A stretch of 64,000 nucleotides of DNA from Octopus vulgaris (lineage: Eukaryota): the NCBI GenBank assembly GCA_951406725.2, contig OX597818.1, forward strand, positions 38,936,001-39,000,000, read 5' to 3'. Positions 12,831-27,263 of this stretch are shown here, one piece after another (the first letter of the stretch is position 1; every line of letters begins with the position of its first letter). Position numbers and translations under genes: made by a program. Under the pieces are notes generated by a model that made no database searches, was not told the DNA's origin, and was given only the letters and a program-made list of their open reading frames with translations.

Positions 12831-13323
12831 ACGTCGCCTCTACCACATCATGCCTATCCACGACCAACAAATAACAACCATTATAAAGAACAAATAAACA
12901 TTATCACCACCACCGTCACCATTTACTATTATCATCTCTTATTTTCTTTTTCTTCGTTTTCTTTTTTACCTTTATCTTTTTTATCCCTCTCTTTTTCTCT
13001 TGTTTTCTTTATCTATCTCTCTTTACTCGATGCCAGTGTCTTCTTCCCTCTCTATATTTCTCTCGTTCTCCTTCCATATCGTTCTCCATTAACCGTTGTG
13101 AACATCAACGTCGTCGCCATTGCTATTGCCTTCGCCACTATCGCTAGCATAACTTACATTTTACTCTATACGGGAGACTCCTTTTAGCATGACACAAAAA
13201 AGGTGTCATTTGCCTGCCGTACTGGTTCCAGATATTTCTATAGGTCACCTTAGTGCTCCGTCTCAGAAGTGATTCTCGAACTTTCGTAGTCAGCTGTTTG
13301 ATGGAATTTAGCTTCTTTGTTAT

Positions 13324-14175
13324 GGCGACGAGCTGGCAGAAACGTTAGCACACCGGACGAAATACTTAGCGGTATTTCGTCTGCCGTTACGTTGTGAGTT
13401 CAAATTCCGCCGAGGTCGACTTTGCCTTTCATCCTTTCGGGGGTCGATTAAATAAGTACCTGTTACACACTGGGGTCGATGTAATCGACTTAATCCATTT
13501 GTCTGTCCTTGTTTGTTCCCTCTGTGTTTAGCTCCTTGTGGGTAGTAAAGAAATAGGTGTTTCGTCTGTCTTTACGTTCTGAGTTCAAAACACGCTGGAG
13601 TCGATTTTGCTTTTCATCCTTTCGGGATCTACGAAATAAGTACCAGTTGAGTATCTGGGTCGATGTATTCGACTAATCCCCTGTCCCTAATTCCAGGCCT
13701 TGTGCCTATAGTAGAAAGAATTATGACTATTATTTTAATTCAATTTGGCGGTGAACTTGAAGAATTGCTAGCGCGTCGGGAAATGCTTAGCGGCTTTTAA
13801 TCCGGTTTTTTTTTAACGTTCTGAGCTCAAAGTCAAAGTCAGCTTTGCTTTTCATCCTTTCGGGTCGATAAAATAAAATACCAGTGGAGTAGTAGCGTTG
13901 AGGTAATCGACTTTCCATCTCCCTCAAATTTCAGGACTTGTGTCTATATTAAAAACAATTTCCTTAATACAAGTTATTGTGATATTGGTTTCAAATTTTG
14001 ACACAATAACAGTAGTTTCGACACCAGTACTCAACTAGTACTTGTTTTATCGACCTCGAAAAGAACGAAAAGCAAAGTCGATTCCAGCGGTATTTGAATT
14101 CAGAACGCAAAGATAGACGAAATGGCACAAAGCATTTTGCCTGGCGTGCTAAAGATTCAGCCAGTTCGCTCGCCT
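13324..14175. mobile_element. Three SINE family B copies (13324-13725 +, 13747-13960 +, ~14000-14175 -)
   Basis: Same head and body motifs. The first copy is dimeric. Confidence 0.8.
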
Positions 14176-14436
14176 CAGCTGTGTATTGTGATATTATCAA
14201 GTCTGTAAGGGTTGAACTGTTGGTTACGCGCTGAGTAGTAACTAATTTCGTTGATTAATGATCGAGTTCAAATCCTGTCGGTCAATGGGAATCATATCAA
14301 AATATAAATTATACTTCATCCTCAATTCTTATTCCATTCTGGATCACAACTGCCCAATGAACGGGAACGTGAAACTCTGAGTAACAGTTTTTTGTGATAT
14401 TTTTGCGAAGTTTCTGCAGCTTTAACAATAAATTGA

Positions 14437-14467
<31 letters not shown>

Positions 14468-14477
14468 CATTCGCAAG

Positions 14478-14802
14478 TGAGGGCGCGTGGCTTAGTGGTT
14501 AGGGCATTCGGCTCATGATCGTAAGGTTGTGAGTTCGATTCCCGGCGACGCGTTGTGTCCTTGAGCAAGACACTTTATTTCACGTTGCTCCAGTCCACTC
14601 AGCTGGCAAAAATGAGTTGTACTTGTATTTCAAAGGGTCAGCCTTGTCACTCTCTGTGTCACGCTGATTATCCCCGAGAACTACGTTAAGGGTACACGTG
14701 TCTGTGGAATGCTCAGCCATTTGCACGTTAATTTCACGAGCAAGCTGTTCCGTTGATCGTATCAGCTGGGACCCTCGTCGTCGTAACCGGCGGAGTCTTT
14801 TA
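14478..14802 (+). mobile_element. tRNA-SINE with CORE-like segment and family C 3' half
   Basis: A-box TGGCTTAGTGG, B-box GAGTTCGATTC, CORE-like GTCCTTGAGCAAGACACTT. TSD AATCATTCGCA at 14465-14475 and 14803-14813. Confidence 0.88.
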
Positions 14803-15213
14803 AATCATTCGCAGGATCCAATTGAATATAGGTTTGTTTTCATAATCTTATCTCACCGTTGATCTACTGTATTCAGTTCAACACATCATATGTGTAGGTA
14901 CAAATTATATGATGCAATATAAATTTATAAAAGGGTCAAGCGATCAAAAACTGACTGGAGTACATCGGAATCCAAGTAGCGTAGAGGACAGAGCCGACAG
15001 CTGGACATTTCGCTCAGTACATAGGTTTTGAGAAATCATATAAAGATATTGTATAACACTTAACTTATTTATATTAAAACTGAATAACCTGTCTTACTTC
15101 CAAATCTCTCTTTGAGAAGTTGTTCACATGGTTTCCAGCGTGACATCTGAGGACATTATCAAGATTGTCATTGATTTTTTTCACATAGACACAAGGGCAC
15201 GTACATACATACA

Positions 15214-15270
<57 letters not shown>

Positions 15271-15744
15271 GTACATGTGTGTGTGTGTGTGCATACATAC
15301 AAACATATGAGTGTGTTTGTGAGAGGGATGTATGAAAAATTTTGATTTTCCCATCATTCTCAATAGCACATGGGAAATGAAATAGTTTCTTTCGAAAACT
15401 GAATCTCAATCGACATACCTTGAACTGGATCGTTGCTATTGCTGTTGCTTAGCTCCAGCCCAACATTGGTCGATGAGACCTATGATCAGAAAGAACTCTA
15501 GTCGTGACCATACCGTCCTCACTTATGTCTCGGACTACATTATTCAGTGTGCACTTCTACTTAAAAACTGTGGGGTTTGAGAGATATTTGGCTGCTCTTT
15601 CTAGTATGTCGGATGACCATGCAAAAGTTTGCACATTGGCTTATTAGGGTCAGAATTGGTTATTCAACTTAGTATCTATTTGATGGAAGCGGTACTTCAC
15701 GAAATTTACACTACTGATACACATATGTATACATATATATATAC

Positions 15745-15777
<33 letters not shown>

Positions 15778-15884
15778 CATATAAATATATATACATATAT
15801 ATATACACATGTATACATACATATATATATATACATACTTATATACATATACACACACACACATACACACACACATACACACAC

Positions 15885-15938
<54 letters not shown>

Positions 15939-15939
<1 letters not shown>

Positions 15940-16162
15940 GGCGAGCTGGCAGAAACGTTAGCACGCCGGGCGAAATGCGTTGCCGTATTTCGTCTGCCGT
16001 TACGTTCCGAGTTCAAATTCCGCCGAGGTCGACTTTGCCTTTCATCCTTCCGGGGTCGATAAATTAAGTACCAGTTACGTACTGGGGTCGATGTAATCGA
16101 CTTAATCCCTTTGTCTGTCCTTGTTTGTCTCCTCTGTGTTTAGTCCCTTGTGGGTAGTAAAG

Positions 16163-16165
<3 letters not shown>
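15939..16165 (+). mobile_element. SINE family B within (TA)n
   Basis: Near-consensus copy. Confidence 0.85.
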
Positions 16166-16215
<50 letters not shown>

Positions 16216-16232
16216 CACACATATATATACAC

Positions 16233-16284
<52 letters not shown>

Positions 16285-16385
16285 TTAATCCAAACACGAA
16301 ATCACAAAGAGAAAACACAACAACGCGAGGAGGTGGAACAAGTATAGTATTATTGGACGCTCAGGAAAGGAAAGAAAGAAGGGGG

Positions 16386-16420
16386 ATTTAACGTTTCGAC
16401 GGGAGCTCTTCGTCAGAAAC
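16386..16420 (-). ncRNA. Minimal hammerhead-ribozyme motif in a Penelope-like pLTR remnant (16283-16475)
   Basis: Minus strand: GTTT-CTGACGA-A-GAGC-TCC-CGTC-GAAAC-GTT-AAAT. Canonical CUGANGA and GAAA core with palindromic AACGTT. Stem II is imperfect. Confidence 0.6.
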
Positions 16421-16474
16421 TTAGGAAAAGAAAAGATCCAGAGAATGGAAAACAGAGGAAAAAAATCGTCAACC

Positions 16475-17230
<756 letters not shown>

Positions 17231-20200
17231 ATGCATGCATATATAAACATTAGGGAGAACCGCGTAGGCAGGCAATGTAAGCAGTGCCTACCTTGAATAA
17301 AATAGATCGATAGCAACATTTCCCTCTCATGGCAAAATATGCACCAAATTCAAAAAAAATTATGAAGATTAGTCTGATTACAATGCATAAAATGCCAAAT
17401 GTATTATGTTTTTGTAGATTAGGAAGGCATAATTCGCCCCTGCTTTTCAATCTCGGTATTACTGCATATTACTGTTGTAGTACATATGCTGCGTACATTT
17501 CTACAACATCGTTTTTTCTGCGTGCTATAAAGGCAGAAATAAATCTGCCTTCAAGTCAGTCGCGCGCTTGTGTTTCGTTTATTTTTTGTGTGTTTTACTA
17601 CATAAAGGTCGCCTACTGCCTACCCTGAGTAATTACTGATCGCACGTACCTCACACACACACTCATACATATGATTATCTACACACATATGTATGCATAT
17701 ACATACAAACACACCCACATATATACTATACAAGAGTGGAGTACATCAAATTAATGTAAAATTGTTTTTATTATAAACGAACATAAAAAACATGAATATA
17801 TATACATATGTGTATACACACACACACACACACACACACACTCGCGCGCGCGCGCGCACACACATACACTCACATATATATAAGGGGGTAGTTTAAATCA
17901 AATAATGCTTTTTTCACAATATGCAGTTTCTTGCTATGGACGGACAAACGGATAACATTTTCTTGACTTTTATAAGGTTTTATAAGGTTAGCCTTCTTAA
18001 AGCTTCCTCAAAACTAGTATCAGCCTTGCCCATAACAATAAGTTACTAATGAATAGGGTTAAAGAATATATAAAGGAACAAAAGAAGCTAGACATTGTGG
18101 TATATTTTCAGTTTCTAAAGTTGGCAAACAGGTTTCTGCATTCATTTGAAACTATGCTAGGAAATACATGCGACTCATTGAAAATGGAATTATTCTTGTT
18201 GCCTTAATATTCCAGTTTCATTTCTTTTTTCTCTTTTTCTTCTATACGCCTATTAGTTCACTATTCTCTTTCGGGCGTTTTCTCTCTAGCTTTAAAATAT
18301 TGTTATGACGGTGGTGTGTCGCAAGGAAGTCAGACAAAATGGCTACAGTATTTTCTTTCTATCTTAAAAATATTGCTATGACGGTGGTAGCTCGTAAGGA
18401 AGTCAGACAAAATAGCTACAGTATTTAGTAACACCCACTTATATTCTGAGTTTGATCCTGGCCGAGGTTGAGTTTTCTATTAATATTTCTGGGATCATGA
18501 AATACTGGATGCTGTAGTGACTTCATTTGGGCATAGAGTAGATTCAAACCTGAATCGGCAAATTGCCCCTAACATTTCAATAGCATTTTTCTCACAGAAA
18601 AATGGAAGTTCATAGGAGTTACATTCAGCGCATGGCTTTGCCAAGTCAATTGATGTGCTTTCAGCTTGACTCTTAACCTTTTGTATGCCATAGAGTATTG
18701 AAATAAGATAAGAGTTGGCCTTCATCGAACAACCCATTGTTCTCAACGATATACCTCTTTTTCTAGCTAGCCTGCATTTTTATAAATACTAGAAACATAT
18801 AGGATAAAGTTAGTTAGTGAGAAAACCTAGAGGCAGGCAGACACTAGAGGCTGATCAGAGGACGAGAGAAAGCAATCGGCCGCTATGATACAACTTCCCT
18901 CTACTGTCTTTAATTCTCTCACTAGCTCATCTTTCTCTCCTAACAAACATCACTCTGTCTATCTCTTTCCTACTACTACAGTTGCAAGAACATTATACAC
19001 AGTTATACAAGGAAAAATTAACTCTCGATTATTTTTATATATGCCTGCCCGCCGAGACATGGCTATACATACAAAAAAAATTGAAGTCAACATCATGTTC
19101 GACTACTGTTCTTCTTTCTTTTCTTCAACATCACACCCATTACATTTTGATAACAACTACGTTACACTTGGCTTCCCGACGTAAAGATACATCAACCGTT
19201 ACAGTTGGTGCTCCCAACGTGAGCATGGAAAACACCCGTTACAATTCAAAATAAATGGCAATACCCTCCCACCAAAATTTGTAACCCTGTGCTTCTGTTT
19301 GAAATCAATATAGAAGACATTATTCATATTAAATGCATTACTGTGCTTAGTTCTGCTTTGCTACGATATAAGAATCTTGTATAAGAGTCGATTCGATGCA
19401 TTTTTGCCTTCTAGTCATATTTAAGGCATTGAACCAATATAAGAAACAATTTTACAGTTGACTGTATATTAACCGAAATAGTACAAATTTTATCTAAAGC
19501 TTTGAAGCAGTTGGACTTAATGTTTTTTTGACAATTTTTACCTTTCATAAGGTAAAGATCCGGTTTTTATTCTATTATAGCGTGTTTACAGAGGAATGGT
19601 GCAACGATTTGTAGAGCGGTGATGCGAAAGCTTTCTTGTCCTGTCCAATATTGCCGAATCAGAAGGGGAGAGGGAGATAGAAGGAGGGAAGGAGTGAGGA
19701 AGAGAAAAAGAAAGAGACAGCTTCAGTACTTGAATGGTGCTTTATTGAAGCCGAAGGGATCTAAATCTGCAGCGTAGAGAGACAAAACAAATGAAGTAAA
19801 TCCATTCGAGTCTGCCAATTCGCGGCTATCAGTATAATGGAAGAATTGTTAGAGCAGCAGACAAAATGCCATGCGGTTTTTAGCTACGACCTTTTATGCC
19901 CTGAGTTAAAGTTCTGTTGAAATCAACTTTGCCCTTCTTCATTTTGCGGCGGTGGATAAATAAAGTTCCTGTCAAGTCGGTTTAATATTTCTATGAGACA
20001 TTCTAAATGTGAATGAAATTACGACAGAAGGCAACGTTATCCTATTACTTGAGACGATAAGGTTTTGTTTGAGGTGGTTTAGCTCCTGTTAGTGGCAATC
20101 ATGTCGAAATTTTCACATTGACTGACACAAGCACCGAAGTAGGAAGTTGTGACATTCATACTGTTAACATGGGCCTTTAGCATAACATGAACCTAGTGAC

Positions 20201-20528
20201 GTATCGCAAATAGCACGCAACTTAGAACCATGAGTTTCATGTTTTCCTGCTTACGTACAGGCCAACGTAGGAGTTAACCACGTCAGTGTTTCCCAACCTG
20301 AGGGTGAGACTTGGATTGTCAAGCAGTTTAGTTTGTCTTTTATCTTTTACTGGTACCACTTTGAAGGGTTTTAGTCGAACGAATCGACCTCAAGATATAT
20401 TCATTTATTTTTAAGGGGAGTCATTTTTGCCGAACCACTAAATTACGGGGGCGCAAACACGCCAATATTGGTTGACAAATGGGGGACAAACACAGACACA
20501 GACACACACTCATATATATATATATATA

Positions 20529-20722
20529 GGGAGAGTTTACGAAAAAAACAAAAGACGAAGACAGGTGGTGTACAAAACAAACAGATGTATTAGTATAACG
20601 CTCAGGAATAGAAAAAGTCTTTTACGTTTAGAGCCTACGCTCTTCTACAGAAAGGGACACAGAAAAAACAAGGAGAGAAGAAGATGTGTGTAGTGGCTAA
20701 CGATCTATCATGGCGACTAGTC
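20529..20722 (-). mobile_element. Penelope-like pLTR remnant with a degenerate hammerhead, nested in the (TA)n of a family A SINE
   Basis: Minus strand: CTTT-CTGTAGA-A-GAGC-GTAG-GCTC-TAAAC-GTA-AAAG. Shares ACGCTCAGGAA with the 16283 remnant, and AGTCG.CATGAT.GATCG.TA with the 3' UTR of the GIY-YIG element at ~31080. Confidence 0.6.
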
Positions 20723-20772
<50 letters not shown>

Positions 20773-20931
20773 GCACACATAAAACGTGCTTATTTCAGTT
20801 TCCATCTACCAAATCCACTTACAAAGCTTTGGTAGGCCCGAGGCCATAGTAGAAGACACTTGCCCAAGGTGCCACGTAATGGAACTGGACCCGGAACTAT
20901 GTGGTTGGGAAGCAAACTTCTTACTACACAG

Positions 20932-20967
<36 letters not shown>

Positions 20968-21102
20968 ATACAAAGATTTGTGAAGTCAAAATAAACCGTA
21001 TTTTAACGTGTATTAGGGATCCTCGTGTATAAGGAACTCCCTAATTTTGGGGGCTTAAAGTTTGGAAAAAAGGTTTTGTAAGGGATTATAATACTAACCC
21101 TA

Positions 21103-21156
21103 TAAACACACCAGCATCGGTTGTCAAGCAATGCTAGGGGGACAAACACAGACACA

Positions 21157-21236
<80 letters not shown>

Positions 21237-21400
21237 TACGACAGGCTTCTTTCAGTTTCCGTCTACCAAATCCACTCACAAGGCATTGGTCGGCCCGGGG
21301 CTATAGCAGAAGACACTTGCCCAAGATGCCACGCAGTGGGACTGAACCCAGAACCATGTGGTTGGTTAGCAAGCTACTTACCGCACAGCCACTCCTGCGC
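21103..21400 (-). mobile_element. SINE family A (tRNA head + CORE-like segment + internal microsatellite)
   Basis: Reverse complement of 25987-26230. Confidence 0.88.
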
Positions 21401-22329
21401 CTATGTGTATGAATATTTTATACAATAAATCATATGTATAAGTGACAGCATTTACTGCAAACAAAAACATGAAAAATTCTCCTTAGCACAACTTCTAAGT
21501 AAAGGATATTTCCAGAGTTATTCTCTTCCTCTTTTACCGATCATTGATGGTGATGTCTCCATTTTATACTGCCGTAACTTTTTGTCCAGAAAGCGTGTAT
21601 CAAAGCGTTGCAGACGATACCCGTCCAAGAAGCTGCTTCTGGACTCTTTTTTCTCGTTGTCTTCGGCCTGCTGATATCGAACAAGGTCTGCAGTAACCGT
21701 TTCTAGTCTACATGCTAGTTTCCAGATCTTTCGGTTCACTACAAATTTTCCCTGCTTTTCAAATAGAATGTTGAACGATTACATGGTTTTCTTCATCGAA
21801 TTACGTGAACGTTTCTCCGGTGCCATCTTTGGTAAATGACAATATGTAATATTTCCCCATGAAAAATAGCCAACGTTTTTATTTTTTCAATTAATTTATT
21901 GGAAAATTGCTCACGTTTATTTTCTACGTATTACCCAGTTTGTTAAAACTAACCTTAACACGACACTGGATGCCGTAGACACAAGTATCGTGTGTCGTGT
22001 TTTTAGATACATGATGTTTGTATATATATATATATATATATATATTGTTTTTGTGTCTCTCTGTTTGTCTCAAAGCCGTAGGGCGCCTGTGTCATCCATG
22101 TTTTTAACCGTTACTGTCCCCAAAAAAGATTTTTCGTTTCATGTTCGTCTCTGTTGCGTTTCATTCTTTCCTTCTGTGGCTGGCTGATTCAGAGCGGATC
22201 TCAGAATTAAACAGCCGAAATCTGCGATGAGGGATCAGTTTCTGACTGAAGAATGAAGGCTTTGAATGACCCGTTTGTTTTTTTGTTTGTCCCTTCGTGT
22301 ATTTCACGTTATTTATTTATGTAAAGTTT

Positions 22330-22400
<71 letters not shown>

Positions 22401-22409
22401 GTATGTATG

Positions 22410-22480
<71 letters not shown>

Positions 22481-22485
22481 ATATG

Positions 22486-22563
<78 letters not shown>

Positions 22564-23449
22564 AAAGAAGCTTTAGAAGAACTGCTTGAAGTAGTCCACG
22601 CTTTTGCCGAACTTTCAAGTTACGGAGACACAAACACACCAATATCGGTTGTCAAGCGATCGTGGGGGAATAAACACAGATACAAAGACACACAAAACAT
22701 GTGTGTATGCGTGTGAGATGGTCATGGGTGGATTGCTTTCAATCGTAAGTCTTATATGTGCCGAACTGCAATTAAACACAAACACAAACACAGATCAACA
22801 ACATCTATTTACGTATGTTTGTTTGTATGTATGTATGTATGTATGTATGTATGTATGTATGTATGTATGTATGTATGTATGTATGTATGTATGCATGTGT
22901 GTGTGTGTGTGTGTGTGAGACAGAGAGAGAGAGAGAGAGACGGGGTGGGGTAGAGGGAGAGAAGGGGGTGAGATGTTTGTTGGGTGTATATTCGTTTTAG
23001 CTTTTGAATAAATGATTATTTAGAAGTTAAATGATGTATTTGCTTGGGAATGTGCTTATTCATTTTTGACGTTAGGCACAAGGAGTGTAGAAAGAAAGGA
23101 AAGAAAGGAAGAAAGAAGGCAAGGAATTACTTGCGTAGGAAAAGAGAGACAGAGAGAGAGAGAGGGGGGGGGAGAAGAGAGAGGAGGAAGAAAGAGAGAG
23201 ATCGAGATAGAGGGTGCGTGGGGGAATGACGTTGTCAGCATTAAATTTTTTTCGGTTTTTCTCAAACCAGGCAAACCTGGATAACAAGACTGGAACGTAT
23301 TTTGTGAACGCAATTTGTTTCATAAACCCGCATATGCGTGCGATTGTATGCGAGTGAGTTTGAGTGAACGAGAGGGAGGGGACAAAGTATGTACGTGTAA
23401 TTTTTCATTTGTGTATATGTATAATCTTAATTATGTCTTTAGGTGATCA

Positions 23450-23960
23450 GATCGCTCCAAAGTATCCTTGGTCTCGCGTGAAAGGGCCAAAGTGCCTTCA
23501 TATTAAAATCCTCTTTTGGGGCTGCGATCTACAAGCATTGAGGTCTTCTGCATCCTTTGTCGTCTTCTCCGTTGGATTGGCGGTGTGATTCGGATGCCAG
23601 GTAACCGACACTAACAAATGAGCTTAAGACTGGAACGATCAAAACAATCAAAGGACGTCCAAAACTTCAATTTCACGACCATCTGATGCTGCCTTTCATA
23701 TTATAGGATGTCCTTCCCAATCGATAGGGGCCTCTGGCTGTTAATCGGAATAGAAGTATGGGTGTGATGCTAGAGCAGAGTACTTTGAAACCGAACGCAA
23801 GAAACGGTACGAAGAGAAGAGAAGAATTCGTCATCAGCCCCAGCGCGGTTGATGGTCTCGATCACATTCTGTGGCCTCAGGACCCCCCGGATCTGCTTAT
23901 CTCGTATCGGTCTTGTCAGCCACGTCTGCTCCCATGAAAAACAATGTGCTGAAGGATGAA
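23450..23960 (+). mobile_element. Degenerate RTE-clade LINE 3' end
   Basis: Remnant motifs LRWIGGVIRM, GRPKLQFHDHL, FETERKKRYEEKRR and RICLSRIGLVSH (RTE C-terminal zinc finger). Confidence 0.75.
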
Positions 23961-24059
23961 TGTTTTGGATTGACACTGTCATGACCTTTGATGGTCTATC
24001 ATAAGCAAAGCAAAATGTGTGGGTGATATGGGTATATATATATGTGCGAAAGAATGAAT

Positions 24060-24104
<45 letters not shown>

Positions 24105-24299
24105 TGTATACGTACGTGTGTTGTTGTTGTCATTGTTGCTTGGATACAGCAAAACCAAATAACTAAAGAATATCCTCCGCAAATTTTGAACACCCTGCGT
24201 GAAAAAAAGAATCGGTCTGAGATAAACTTAAGGGAGTCAATGGCCAACTAACAGTTTGCGATATAAAAAGCTTTTGTCATTTGTTACAGCAACGTTATA

Positions 24300-24900
24300 A
24301 ACTTCCCCAGTTTCGCTCATGGTTGATGTTTTTCAGTTCTTGTACGAGAGAATCATCAAAGAAGCCACTAATCAGTGAGGCACTGCCTGTTGAAATTGAG
24401 TTTCTCTTTCAACTGGAAAGATGCGTTTGTCGCCTTTTCCGTAATAACGACACTTCTGTTGATTGCTGTCCTCCAAGCTATTCGGTCGTTAGCAACATTT
24501 CCACGTTATATACATTTTAATCAATACATCTTTTGAGCAGTTCCTCTTATAGATATTTTTGAGATTTGAGTCGACCTCTTTTTCGTGTTCTTTGAAAGGA
24601 TCAACGGAGAGCAACTTTTTGGCCTCTTGTTTTTAATATGTTTGATTAGTGGTACCGTAATTGCAGCATACACAAAATCGATATTCAGCTTCACAGCCAC
24701 GCTAGTTATAAAGCCTGATGTCGGCGATTACGTTTTGTTATGGGATGTTTAGGAAGAGCCATAAAAAAAATCCTTTTCGTAAATCTTGAGTAAGTAGTCC
24801 ATCTTTAGTTGCATGTTTTTGATCTTAGTTTCTGCGTTCAGGATTTTGTTCTTCGATGGACTTCTTGACAGCTTTCCAAATGTGGCTGACGTATTGTTCC
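24300..24900 (-). mobile_element. Degenerate RTE-clade LINE fragment
   Basis: Minus-strand remnants ATFGKLSR..LNAETKI and ANDRIAWRTAINR. Confidence 0.55.
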
Positions 24901-25073
24901 TTCTTAATATTTGTTATTGTCATCTAGTGATACGAATGGTGCCATTGCAAAGCCTAAGCAGATAAACTTATCTGTTAGAAATAGGCATCCATATATTCAA
25001 GGTAATGTAAAGCGAAAGACGGCTCACACTTAATAGAATAAATTCATTTTGGTGTATGTGCATGAGTATGTGT

Positions 25074-25108
25074 ATCTATCTATCATCTATCTATCTATCT
25101 ATCTATCC

Positions 25109-25185
<77 letters not shown>

Positions 25186-25230
25186 CCTATTTATCTATCT
25201 ATCTATCATCTATCTATGTATCTATCATCA

Positions 25231-25280
<50 letters not shown>

Positions 25281-25293
25281 TATCAATCAATCA

Positions 25294-25366
<73 letters not shown>
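25074..25366. repeat. (TATC)n tetranucleotide microsatellite
   Basis: Directly visible. Confidence 0.97.
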
Positions 25367-25367
<1 letters not shown>

Positions 25368-25732
25368 GTCTGCTTGTATGCTTGTCTATCTGTCTGTGTG
25401 TCTGTTTATACATATAAATGTGAATGGATAGAAGTCTATCATTTCCAATGAGGGAAATTCAGTTATTCGATCAAAAAGATTTATCTGCTCAAGGAATTAG
25501 AGTGAGGGGTTGAATATTTCAGTGACATGAGTAGTCTTAACGCAATTCTCAGGCAAGTACAAACCATCTAACTGACTCTTAAACCGTTTCTGTCTTTCAA
25601 ATTTCACTCACAAGATATGTGTCGTGAAGAGGCCTTGGAAAATGACATTCGTCCAAGGGACTTTTGAATCACGTTCCGTGTGTACACGTATTGGTTTATG
25701 CACATACATACACACATACACACATACATACA

Positions 25733-25764
<32 letters not shown>

Positions 25765-25986
25765 CAGACGTACACACACACACACACACACATACACACA
25801 CTTAATATTGTATTATACTATATCATGCACACACACAGACATCGTACAAAAAGACAGGTACGAAGGAATAAAATAAGTGTGGGGAGAAAATACAGGGCAA
25901 ATAAGAGAGTAGAGAGAGAAAGAAGTAAGACAAAGCTCTAAAACAGAGAAAGGAAATTAGACATATAATATAAGTTATCATATTAT

Positions 25987-26390
25987 GCAGGAGTGGCTGT
26001 GTGGTAAGTAGCCTGCTTACCAACCACATGGTTCCGGGTTCAGTCCCACTGCGTGGCATCTTGGGCAAGTGTCTTCTGCTATAGCCCCGGGCCGACCAAT
26101 GCCTTGTGAGTGGATTTGGTAGACGGAAACTGAAAGAAGCCTGTCGTATATATGTACATATATATATGTGTGTATGTGTGTGTGTGTTTGTTCCCCTAGC
26201 ATTGCTTGACAACCGATGCTGGTGTGTTTACGTCCCCGTCACTTAGCGGTTCGGCAAAAGAGACCGATAGAATAAGTACTGGGCTTACAAAGAATAAGTC
26301 CCGGGGTCGATTTGCTCGACTAAAGGCGGTGCTCTAGCATGGCCGCAGTCAAATGACTGAAACAAGTAAAAGAGTAAAAGAGAGTAAAGA
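25987..26390 (+). mobile_element. Full-length SINE family A
   Basis: Head GCAGGAGTGGCTGTGTGGTAAG, B-box-like GGTTCAGTCCC, CORE-like CTTGGGCAAGTG, internal (TA)(TG), and tail GGTGCTCTAGCATGGCCGCAGTCAAATGACTGAAAC followed by (AGTAAAAG)n. Confidence 0.9.
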
Positions 26391-27218
26391 GAAAGAAATT
26401 CAAGTATCATACTGAAATGGGGGGGAGAGAAAACAGAGTGAAGTGAAGAGAAAGGGTTGTGGGATAAATAAAACCTGTCGTTTATGAATGATACTGTTCA
26501 TTTTGTGAAACGAAATCTCCCACAGCAAAGTGAATAGATCACTTTTAGGACAAAGGGAAAGCGTATGAGAGAGCAGAGTTAAAGTCAGAAAAACGCGCGC
26601 GCGCACACAGGTTTTTGGTGGGACCTGAAAAGAGAGTCATCTGTGACTAAGGGTACCGGGGAACACCTATATTGCTAGAAATAAGAGTTGAAACCCTTAG
26701 ATCCGCAAGTAATCACATTTTCACAAAACTATGCATTTACGAACGTCTCGTCAGACTGTGTTTACTTATTATTCTTTTCCACATAGGGATCAGTAGAAAT
26801 CCTGTTTAATGTATGCAATCTACTGATTGCTTAGGATAAATAGGATGAATTTGGGGCGGAAAAGTGATTACCCATCATCAACAAATTCAGAATTTCAATA
26901 CTCGACAAATATTCGTTATTGAACATTTGAACTTACGTATAGCAAATAAATTTCCTAAATATCATGTTGTTTCGTAGCACGGATGACTGCATAAGTAAAT
27001 TTATAAAGAAATACAGGTTGCATTGAAGAGATCATGCAAAGTAAGTCAAAGCTTGCATAACACTTTTTTGAAAACGATTAGTAAAGCTCATTCTTTGCTG
27101 TATTCATTATCATGAAAAGAGTTGTGAAACCGGTTGGGAACTTGTTAAAAAATTAAAAGGATTGAAAAGAATTATGATCTAATTTTTTTTTCTACATCTC
27201 CACTAGCATGGAAGAAAT

Positions 27219-27263
<45 letters not shown>

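Noticed and set aside
14478-14550. tRNA-like sequences (also 32853, 35356, 25987)
   Set aside because: They continue into SINE bodies with tails and TSDs and lack a full acceptor stem, so they are SINE heads rather than tRNA genes.
17250-17630. Possible MITE bounded by AGGCAG/CTGCCT motifs
   Set aside because: The termini are not clearly inverted and no TSD was found.
18294-18426. Two copies of a ~60-bp unit
   Set aside because: A simple tandem duplication with no further structure.
18495-18746. 83-aa ORF with an IDLAK motif
   Set aside because: Too little similarity to call an RT fragment or an exon.
21518-21826. Minus-strand 73-aa ORF ending GKRGRE (neuropeptide-like dibasic sites; faint Myb/SANT-like look upstream)
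   Set aside because: No signal peptide, no convincing splice partners, and upstream stops. I cannot assign it without a search.
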